Below the pieces are notes generated by a model. The model was not told where the DNA came from and did no database searches. It saw only the letters and a program-made list of their open reading frames with translations. This document shows, piece by piece, positions 53,498-64,000 of a stretch of DNA of 64,000 bases (positions are counted from its first letter, which is position 1; every line of letters starts with the position of its first letter). The translations under genes and the position numbers were made by a program. The DNA comes from Eledone cirrhosa (taxonomy: Eukaryota), in NCBI GenBank assembly GCA_964016885.1, contig OZ024741.1, positions 161,014,001 to 161,078,000 of the forward strand, written 5' to 3'.

Positions 53498-54913
53498 ATA
53501 TTTAATACAATAACATAGATAGTTTAAAGCTAAACTCTGACTGGTAACCATCTCATTCAACAAACATAAGGTTATATTAAGATATAAACCCAATTTAAGT
53601 GTTTGGGGTACTAACAATATGTATAATGTGGAAAAACCAGTTGTATTATTTTATGAGATATAATTAAAGTTAAAGTATATCTCTCTTTCCAAACAATTGT
53701 TTCATTATAAGTTTTCTACAAGTTTGGGAGAATGTTTCCAGTTTATGTAGAAGCCTAATATATATTCATGTAAGAATATATTTAGGTGGGCACTTATAAA
53801 TCGTCAGTGGAAGCCCATGAAACATTGATATAAGAAAACAAATTTCTTACCGCTGTCAAAAATCATGTCCGTACAGTAGCTCTCTCTTACCTCGAATGAC
53901 CGCCAAATTTGAAATTCCAGCAGTTTTTGACTGAGGAAGTATCATAGCGACACGAAGCGGGAAGGGGAGACAACCCACGAAATGAGGAAAAAAAATAATA
54001 TACACGCGGGTTAATTAGTTTTTTTTAAAACATTATCAATCCGACGTGTTTAAGAACTCAATTGAAAATAAAAAAATAAATATATGCTTGTATAAATTAC
54101 ACACGCATATAGATATTTTCTCAGGCTAAATCAGAAGTTGTACCCGAATAAGAACCGCTTCTCATAACTGCAGTAAATGCAGAAAGTTATGCTATAAAGG
54201 GCAAATGGGAATATAATTCTCCGGCCGAATTAAGAGTAAAATATAAAACACACGCGGGTTAATTAGTTATTTCAAAACCAATATCAATTCCTCGTGTAAA
54301 GAACTCAATTAATAAAAGAAAATAAATACATATATGCATGTAATTATATACGTAGGCATATATATATATTTTCTTAGGCTAAAAAACAGAGAAGTTACAA
54401 CCAAAAAAAGCCACAATATTTCACAACAGTAATAAATACGGAAAGTCAAATTCATAAGGTACCTGGAAATAAACACCTCTGGCCAATCAAGAGTAAATAT
54501 TTAATACAATAACAGAGATAGTTTAAAGCTAAACTCTGACTGGTAACCATCTCACTCAACAAACATTAGGTTATATTAAGATATAAACCCAATTTAAGTG
54601 TTTGGGGTGCTAACAATATGTATAATGTGGAAAAACCAGTTGTATTATTTTATGAGATATAATTAAAGTTAAAGTATATCTCTCTTTCCAAACAATTGTT
54701 TCATTATAAGTTTTCTACAAGTTTGGGAGAATGTTTCCAGTTTATGTAGAAGCCTAATATATATTCATGTAAGAATATATTTAGGTGGGCACTTATAAAT
54801 CGTCAGTGGAAGCCCATGAAACATTGATATAAGAAAACAAATTTCTTACCGCTGTCAAAAATCATGTCCGTACAGTAGCTCTCTCTTACCTCGAATGAGC
54901 GCCAAATTTGAAA
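53498..54913. repeat. 999-bp-period partial tandem element in (TA)n
   Basis: 53498-53914 is nearly identical to 54497-54913; internal diverged ~250-bp repeat at 54002 and 54251. Confidence 0.88.
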
Positions 54914-55009
54914 ATATATATATATATATATAACGGAGGAAATGTGGTAAGGAACCAGGTGGACCATAACGCACCAAAGTACTCAATACTTAGGGTAGTA
55001 GAGTGGGTA

Positions 55010-55133
55010 ATAGGAACGAGTAGGACCCCGACGGCTGAGCTCAAGCCGTTTCGACGGCTAATTCTGGAATTAAGTCCAGAATTAGCCGTCGAAACGGCTT
55101 GAGCTCAGCCGTCGGGGTCCTACTCGTTCCTAT
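55010..55133. repeat. 124-bp near-perfect palindrome made of hammerhead 3' halves
   Basis: Arms are perfectly complementary except one mismatch beside the central ttaa; contains GAAA-cggct-tgagctc-agccg-TC-ggggt on both strands. Confidence 0.9.
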
Positions 55134-55137
55134 ATAG

Positions 55138-55173
<36 letters not shown>

Positions 55174-55840
55174 ATGTATATTGGCTGTATGTATGTTTAC
55201 ATGTAAGGAAGTAAATATATGAGCTAGCAAGATCCCCCACCCCCCACTCACCTGCCCTCCCAAACCAATATCAACAACATACATTTCTAACAATATTCCA
55301 ATACTATCCTTATTTTTCTCTTTGCTGTCATCCCATTTTTATCAAAAGTCTTACACCTCATTAAACACTGCAGGAGGGCACTTTTACAACTCCTTTCTTA
55401 AACACTCCTTAAACACCCCCAACATCTCCCAACACCACTCCCAATCAATTATCTTGCTGTTACCATTCACTATTTTCTGTATATATATAATTGTTTCTAC
55501 TTTTGGCACAAGGCCAGCAATTACCCAGTGCATTACTGATGCTTTATTTTATCGACCCCGTAAGGATGAAAGGCAAAGTTAACCTCGGCGGGATTTGAAC
55601 TCACAATGGCAAGGGGCGTAACTCTTATAATACATACTTTAATTCCTTTAAATCTTCAACACTCTTTCACTCCCACACTCATTAACCCCTCCCCTGACAC
55701 ACCCAAATCTCTAATATATAGTCACACATCACAACAAACCCTGAGAACAGTTTGAAAATCGCCACCTACGAAATTGTAAAATTATAATATAAAATTAAAT
55801 TAAATTGTTCAGAACTACAAGTGAAGACATTCTTTTCCAG

Positions 55841-56563
55841 CATTATCGCCATCACCGTTTTACATCCATTTTTCCACTCTACGCTAGCATGGGTTAGACG
55901 GGTTGTCTTGTTGTTGTGGACAATGCCAGGTCAGGTGACCATGTCTTGCTCATACAGAACTGATTTTGGCTTGATTTCTACAACTGGATGCCCTTCCTAA
56001 CACCAACCTCATTTGTAGTGAGTACTGGGTGCCTTTTTACTGTGGCGCCTACACAGTGTAGACTGGGTGCTTTTTTGTTGTGAAACCTACACGACCACTT
56101 TACAGTGGAAGAGGGTGGAGGCATACTGTCTATATGCTTCAGCTTCAGCTTGTACCCATGGGAAATCGGGTCTTCTGTATTACTGTGTAATGCCAGAGAT
56201 CTCGGTCCTGTGTCATCACCTTTGAGAGTTCTAATTGGGCAAGGTCAGCTTTTATCACCTCACCCCAGGTCTTCTTAGGTCTCCCCACTCCAAGTCTTCC
56301 ATCGACTTTTAGTGCTTTACACCTTTTTATGCAGCTGCCATCCTTCATACTTAGTCTCTCTCTCAATTTATTTATGCTTTGCCGTCCGCGTATATCGGAG
56401 CATGCAAGCTTCGTTTCTTTCTAATCTACACAAGTTTTCTGCACATAACACCCAGGTCTCACTACCATGTAACATTGCTGTTCGTATGCACGCATCATAC
56501 AGTCTGCCTTTTATTTTGAGGGAAAAGCCTTTTGCAGCTAGCAGTAGTAGTAGCTCCCTGAAA
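55841..56563 (-). mobile_element. RTE LINE 3' fragment (same subfamily as 29990-32894)
   Basis: FRELLLLLAAKGFSLKIKGRLYDAC..GSETW, GRPKKTW; 3' UTR homologous to 32570-32894. Confidence 0.9.
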
Positions 56564-56659
56564 TATATACACATATACACACACGCACTTGACCTGGCAT
56601 TGCTCACAACAGGATAACTCATCTAACCCATGCCAGCGTGGAAAAATGAGGATGATGAT

Positions 56660-56710
<51 letters not shown>

Positions 56711-57004
56711 TTCTTCCTACATCACCAATACCAATTTTCTCCGAGAAAAGTAAATGATGATTGCACAGGGCAGATGTCGGGCTTTGTAAGTTATTGAGAC
56801 GACAGATCATCTAGGATAGGAGAAACCACAAATTAAAAATGACCTCCTGGGACAGACATGGACCCCACACCTGAAATGAAGGTAGCCTGTCTAGGAGGGC
56901 AGTGACTCTGATTAAGAATGACTGCATGGGGCAGACATGGGCTTCGTATCCCATAGTGAAGGCAACCCATCTAGGAGAGTAGGCACTCCAAATAAAAACT
57001 GACT

Positions 57005-57470
57005 CAGGGTGAAGATGACTCTAGAGTCCAGTAAAACAATCTTTCTAGTGTTGGTGGCATGAATAATGTACCCAGTCCACACTGTAAAGTGGTTGGTGGT
57101 AGAAAGGGCATCCAGCCATAAAAACCCTGCCAAAAACATGAAAAGTACGACAAATATGAATCTCATTAATTGTGTATATAGGGCTAACTCTAGTCATGTT
57201 AGTGCAGTGCAAGGTAGTGGAGTGGCCAGTGTAGCCATGTATGAGAACCCCTCAACCATCATCAAGCAATTGCACAACGCTTTTCCCTTTCAGACACTTA
57301 GAACTTCTACCCAAGGAAGTAACAACTGGCAAGGTACAAATCTCCGGGCTGCCACCCTCAATGTTGGCATTCTGAAAGGTAAACTGGATGAAATTGTGGA
57401 GTTGTTAGTAAGGAGAGAAGTGGATATATGCTATGTACGGGAGGTGATATGATGGGGTACCTCAGTGGAA
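57005..57470 (+). mobile_element. RTE LINE 5' fragment (UTR and start of APE)
   Basis: LRAATLNVGILKG...RREVDICYVREV; UTR homologous to 13310-13430. Confidence 0.8.
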
Positions 57471-60290
57471 TTACTGAGAAATGTATAGATAAGATATTTG
57501 ACCCACAATGTTGGCATTCTGAAACGTAAACCATGTGGGACATTTAAAAAAACCTTACTTTCTTAATTATATATATACATATGTGTGTGTGTGTGTATGT
57601 GTGTGTGTGTTACATTACATGAAGTGTCACCCATTTAGCTGGGTTATCCTTCGTTTAACTACATTTTAACTGTCTTTTTTTTGTTGCAGATCAATGGAAG
57701 GAGAGTAAATAGGAAAACAGAAAAAAAGTAAAGAAAGAGAAATAAATATATAAATAAGAAAAAATAAGTAAACCCCTGAAATCCTTAAAAAAAGAAGAAA
57801 CAGGAGTGATGGAAAAAAGTAGTCCGTTGTAACAACTGGTTTATTAAAATTCTAAAATCCTTTTAAAAGAAGGGGAGAGAAGATTCAAAAGGTTGTTGAT
57901 TGTAACAAAAATAACTGATCTATTAAAACTGAATCTGTTAAAAAAATAAAAAAATAGTGGGAAAATGGAAGAAAAAGTTCTTGACTATAACAACAACAAC
58001 TGAAACCCCCACCAAAACGTCGGTGTCCCTTTTGTGTGTTCTATAAGCACATTAGCAATTCAGCATGCAATGTAGCTCAACTAACCATAACACAGTGGAA
58101 AATCCAGCTCATTACTCAGTGTACAATCTATTTTAACTACAAAATCTAACCCTAATCCTGGAGACAGGTTAGGTCATTACAGCATAGATTACAGATGCTG
58201 CAATAGACTGCATGCTAAAATAATACCAAATAGTCATTGCATTGACAACAACAACAACAATTGTTGACTATAACAACAACAATAACAGCAACAACAGGTC
58301 TATTTATTTCTTTACATAATGACAGACCTTCCATCAACCAGTAGCAATAGGAATGTTTACACAATTTCTGACGCCTTTAAAAAGATGAAGTTCATGAGTA
58401 AGTTTTTATTATTCTCTAATTCATTTATTTTCTTCAAGTCATTAGACTGTGTTTAGACTGGGGCAGTGCCTATCATTTTTCAACTAATTTTGAAAATAAC
58501 CAAGAATTTATCATTATTAAATACCGCCGAGGTTAACTTTGCCTTTCATCCTTACGGGGTCGATAAAATAAAGTACCAGTAATGGGGTATTTGCTGGCCT
58601 TGTGCCTAAAGTAGAAACAATTATTAAGCTGATGTTACCAGTGCTGCTTGTGATATTGTTATCTTTAGTTGTGGTAGCAGTTCTGTGGATTGACAGTATT
58701 GGTAGAGCATCAGACACCATGATGTGTAGCATAGATGTATGGCCCTTTACGTTCTGCGTTCAAATCCCGCCAAGGTTAGCTTTGCCTTTCATCTTTATGG
58801 GGTCGATAAAATAAAGTACCAGTAATGCACTGAGATAATTGCTGGCCTTGTGCCAAAAGTAGAAACAATTATTTAACTGGTGTTTGGAGCATAACTTAAT
58901 ATAAGTTCTTACATAAAATTATGATGGATGGTTTGTAGATAAATGTAAAACACTTTATCATGTTGGAAATGCTTTAGCTTTCTTGTTATCAGGGTGCAGC
59001 CCCAACACCGCCATGTCCTAGTCCCAGAGCCCATCACCTCACCTCCCTCTCCCATTCTTCTGTGACCTTAGAACCCTTAACTTTCACTTCCTTTTCCGTT
59101 TTTAAATATTCGTAGTGTTTTGTGTATATTTGTTGAAATAATTTGAAAGGTAATATAAGCTTCCTTGAAATTAACGTTAATATGTTTTTATATAACTTTC
59201 TTTTGTTCAACCCTTTAACTCCTGTTTTCGTTTTTCTAATGAAATACATATAGCGAGAGTACTGGGTTGTATGAATGTAACAAGGAATTATTGTTTGTGT
59301 GTATAATATTTAATTAACGATGGTAGATAGTATAGTTGGCATGTCAAAGAAATAGATGATAGAATGAAACACAGTTAGTCGTTACCGTTTTGATTGCCAG
59401 GCAAACGCGGCTGGCAGAGGACGCCTGGCTAAGGCCAGGCGCCGGAAGGCAAATGAGAGGCTCTTGGCCTGGTGCCGAAAGGGCAATGAGAGAGTGAGAA
59501 CTTAAAGTTGTTAGTTTTATAGGGTTCTGACCGGAAGTTACGGAAAGGGTTCTACTTCCCGTCTAGATGTTAATCCAAACAAGGGAGACAACCGCTACAT
59601 ACACTTCCTATAATATTCAAATAATTTTGAAAATTAACTTTATTTGTCAACATAACTGTCATCATAATATTACAAATAAAAAGAGAAAAAAGAAAAAACA
59701 ATACAAGCAGGTAATACACACATCTAGGACCACATACAACAACAGGTAATCTGGTGATTGGAGCATAATAAAAATACTCACATAAAATTGATGGATGATT
59801 TTAGATAAATATAAACATTCAGTTTATTTATGTTGATAACTATGTTCTGTGTATATGGGTATACATGTGTGTCTATGTATGTTTATAACTCTGTGTGTAT
59901 ACATGTGTATGTATGTATGTGTTTATGTGTATATGTATGTTTATAACCTTGTTTTCATGTGCATACATGTGTATCTTTGTTGTTCTGCGTATATACATGT
60001 ATGCATGTATGTATGTTCTTCTGGTTTTATAATTTCACAAAGTTTTACCAATAGAGAGAGAGTCGGTTTCTAACATAGACACAAGCCTCTCTCATTGGAT
60101 TTACACAACATCAACTAGGTTGATATGTATGTATGCATGCATGTGTAGATATGGATGTTATTGTATGTGTGGATGTTTTGAGTTGTATGTGTGCATGTGT
60201 ATATGCTTTGTATCTGTACATGTGTATATGCAGTTATTAGATGCAAAATTTTTGAAATGTTTTACATATTTTTACTGTGTATGTATGTTA

Positions 60291-60515
60291 TCTCTTTCTC
60301 TTAATTTCGAGTATATTTTTTTGACCGGCCACCTTCCTGGTGGCAAGGTTGTAAAAGAAAAGAAATTGTCATCCCTTGAATCGCAAGAATGTTTTGCAAA
60401 TTTTGAAGGTGCCAGCTTTTGTAGACTATGAATTAGGGAGCTGCGCTTTTTGTCCGCAAATCCAAGTTCATTCATACTTTGATCCAAGCGGGTTGGTATA
60501 TAACCCGTAGCTCCA
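60291..60515 (-). mobile_element. R4/Dong-like RLE LINE, short 3' copy
   Basis: Homologous to 62843-63080; bounded by (TATG)/(CATA)n. Confidence 0.85.
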
Positions 60516-60641
60516 TACATACATACAGACATAAATACGTACGTACGTACGTACGTACGTATGTATGTATGTATGTATGTATGTATGTATGTATGTATGT
60601 ATGTATGTATGTATGTATGTATGTATGTATGTATGTATGTA

Positions 60642-61617
60642 TCTCTTAATTTCGAGTATATTTTTTTTGACCGGCCACCTTCCTGGTGGCAAGGTTGTTA
60701 AAGAAAAGAAATTGTCATCCCTTGAATCGCAAGAATGTTTTGCAAATTTTGAAGGTGCCAGCTATCGCAGCCATTTGTAGACTATGAATGAGGGAGCTGC
60801 GCTTTTTATCCGCAAATCCAAGTTCAGTCATACTTTGGTCCAAGCGGGTTGGTATATAACCCGTAGCTCCAATAATGATGGGTATGAAGCTAAAGGTGTA
60901 TCTTGGATACTGGATTTGTAAATTCCTCATCAATGGTCGGTAGATGTCCTCCTTCTCCTGTATCTTTTTGACAACGTTTACACAAGTGGGCAGCTTATCT
61001 CCACAACAGAACACGTTTTCAATGTGTGGTCCCAAACTACAATATCAGGCCGGTTGTGCTTTAATTTGGTGGCAGTTTTTATTTTCAGGTTCCACCAGTA
61101 TTCCTTAGTGCCATCTGTCTCAATATATTCTTCCTCGTTTGTTGTTAATTTTGTTTTCCGAAGTGCGTTCCAGATGGTTCTAGCTATCCCATCGTGTCTC
61201 ATGGGGAGGTAGTAGCGAGATGACATTCTTTCGCAGATGGCAACAATGTGGCTTACATCCTCGATCTTTGTTTTACATAGCCTACATTTATTGTCAGCTG
61301 CTGGCCCTCCTCTTTTGTGCAGCAGATATTTGGTAGGGAGTTCTTGTTCCTGTATTGCATAGAGATATGCCTCAAGATGTGATGTCATAAACTTGTCGGA
61401 ACTTCATGCCAGGCTTTTTGAGTGGTTTATCCCCTCTATGGTCTGTGTTTTACGTCTCAAGTATCCATGCACAACTTTTTCTGTAAATTGGTCATTTTTA
61501 AAAATCTTGTTTGAACATTGAATAGGATCTTCCGATTTCTCTGGGTGAGAGATTTATATCAGGCTTTATTCCATATCTCTCCTCCAGATCAGTCGCTATT
61601 CTAATGATATTTTTTTT
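60642..61617 (-). mobile_element. R4/Dong-like RLE LINE, 5'-truncated copy
   Basis: AIQEQEL, CRLC...EDVSHIVAIC, RHDGI, KHNRPDIVVWD, EISCP; both junctions lie in (CATA)n. Confidence 0.9.
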
Positions 61618-62842
61618 TTGTATGTCTGTATGTATGTACGTATGTATGTATGTGTGTATGTATGTACGTATGTATGTATGTCTGTATGTATGTGTGTATG
61701 TATGTTCTTCTGGTTTTATAATTTCTAAATTTTTACCAATAGAGATTCGGTTTCTAACATAGACACAAGACTCTCTCATGGAATTTACACAACATCAACT
61801 AAGTAGATTATGTCTACATGAATGTGTAGATATGGATGTTATTGTATGTGTGGATGTATATGTTTTGAGTTGTATGTGTGCACGTGTATATGCTTTGTAT
61901 CTGTACATGTGTATATGCAGTTATTAGATGCAAAATTTTTGGAATGTTTTACATATTTTTACATATTTTTATATAATGTATGTATGTATGCAAAGGGCGG
62001 AGGAACTCAGCAGAGTCAACGGCCATCCAAATAGTACTTTTTTTTTTTTTTACCTGGGAGTGAAAGGCCCCCAGTTGTTGTCGCAACACTTTTCTAGGAG
62101 AGGGAAACTCTGAAAAAAACCTGCGGCTTCGGAAGCATCCGATGATGTTGACCACTTCTCCTTTTCGGGTAGTGTTTTCGATGCTCAGAGAGTGGGATTG
62201 GTTGAGTGCAAGGCCTTTCCCTACTTAAAAAACCTTCAAAGCACAGGCATTGCTGGTTCAGGATATGTTACAAATATATAAAATTTAATTAGCGTAAAAT
62301 TTTACTTATGTGATAGGGTCCGGGAAAGGCACCATAACCAATACTAACATGTTCCTTTAAGAATCAAATGTTGGTTTGTCTCCCTCACATTTTTAAAGCA
62401 AACGAGGCCCTGGTTACAGGTTTGCGTGACTGGCCGTAGCTTAAAGGTGCACCAAACTCTATAACCTGACAAGCGATTGCAGTATTCTTAGCAGGGTTTG
62501 TAGCCATCATGTATGTATGTATGCAAGGGCCTTGTTTCAAGGGGGTACCAGGGGACAAGTCTCTCCCCTCCCACTTTTTCAAACGTCTATATTTTGTTTT
62601 TTGTTTATTTGATATCATAAATTCTTTTTAATCTTTTTTTTTTTAATAAAATTTAATTATAAAATTTAATTAGCGTAAAATTTTGCTTATGTGATAGGGT
62701 CCGGGAAAGGCACCATAAGCAATTTATGCTCCTTTAAGAATCAACAAATGTTGGTTTGTCCCCCTCACATTTTTAAGGCAAACGAGGCTCCTGTATGTAT
62801 GTATGTATGTATGTATGTATGTATGTATGTATGTATGTATGT

Positions 62843-64000
62843 TTTCTCTTTCTCTTAATTTCGAGTATATTTTTTTGACCGGCCACCTTCCTGGTGGCAA
62901 GGTTGTAAAAGAAAAGAAATTGTCATCCCTTGAATCGCAAGAATGTTTTGCAAATTTTGAAGGTGCCAGCTATCGCAGCCATTTGCAGACTATGAATTAG
63001 GGAGCTGCGCTTTTTGTCCGCAAATCCAAGTTCAGTCATACTTTGGTCCAAGCGGGTTGGTATATAACCCGTAGCACCAATAATGATGGGTATGAAGCTA
63101 AAGGTGTATCTTGGATACTGGATTTGTAAACTCCTCATCAATGGTCCGTAGATGTCCTCCTTCTCCTGTATTTTTCTGACAACGTTTACATCAAGTGGGC
63201 AGCTGATCTCCACAACAGAACACGTTTTCAATGTGTGGTCCCAAACTACAATATCAGGCCGGTTGTGCTTTAATTTGGTGGCAGTTTTTATTTTCAGGTT
63301 CCACCAGTATTCCTTAGTGCCATCTGTCTCAATATATTCTTCCTCGTTTGTTGTTAATTTTGTTTTCCGAAGTGCGTTCCAGATGGTTCTAGCTATCCCA
63401 TCGTGTCTCATGGGAGGTAGTAGCGAGATGACATTCTTTCGCAGCTGGCAACAATGTGGCTTACATCCTCGATCTTTGTTTTACATAGCCTACATTTATT
63501 GTCAGCTGCTGGCCCTCCTCTTTTGTGCAGCAGATATTTGGTAGGGAGTTCTTGTTCCTGTATTGCATAGAGATATGCCTCAAGGTGTGATGTCATAAAC
63601 TTGTCGGAACTCCATGCCAGGCTTTTTGAGTGGTTTATCCCCTCTATGGTCTGTGTTTTATGCCTCAAGTATCCATGCACAACTTTTTCTGTAAATTGGT
63701 CAATTTTCTTATCTTGTTTGAACATTGAATAGGATCTTCCGATTTCTCTGGGTGAGAGATTTATATCAGGCTTTATTCCATATCTCTCCTCCAAATCAGT
63801 CGCTATTCCTATGATATTTCTTTTTTCATGCTCATGAACCTGGGCAAGATGGTTGCCAACCTTTTTCCTCTGTTGAAGGTGTTGCTTCAGTGTTACTATT
63901 CGGGTCTCATATGTTGTTAATATTGATTTTAGACCCCGGCCACCTTCCTTGCGTGAGAAGTATAGCCTATCCACATCACCATTGATGTTAAAGTTGCCAG
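62843..64000 (-). mobile_element. R4/Dong-like RLE LINE, runs off the window end
   Basis: DRLYFSRKEGGRGL, CCHC knuckle, PD..E..K restriction-like nuclease; single 1-nt frameshift at about 63413 (GGG here versus GGGG in the neighbouring copy). Confidence 0.92.

Noticed and set aside
53498-54913. LTR retrotransposon or TRIM
   Set aside because: No TG..CA termini, PBS/PPT or TSD were seen.

Overview
AT-rich, repeat-dense animal genomic DNA. The SINE, RTE and microsatellite content most resembles an octopus or other cephalopod genome (inference). Only two host-gene exons are recognisable: a terminal NHL-repeat exon (+, 7531-8672) and an aminopeptidase-N-like M1 peptidase exon (-, 34625-35081). 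Most of the rest is transposon-derived: a Gypsy pol remnant, CR1/Jockey-like fragments, several RTE LINEs (one nearly intact), three Penelope-like elements (PLEs; one nearly intact with inverted terminal repeats), a full-length Buster-type hAT transposon, a mariner remnant, R4/Dong-like restriction-endonuclease LINEs in (TATG)n, tRNA-derived SINEs, MITEs and very long (TA)n arrays. The most interesting signal is a set of non-coding, hammerhead-ribozyme-bearing, partial-tandem or fold-back elements sitting in (TA)n tracts next to the PLEs, resembling a retrozyme / non-autonomous PLE system. A second signal is a lesion that recurs at the same site in independent RTE copies. All ribozyme folds were made by eye and are untested.
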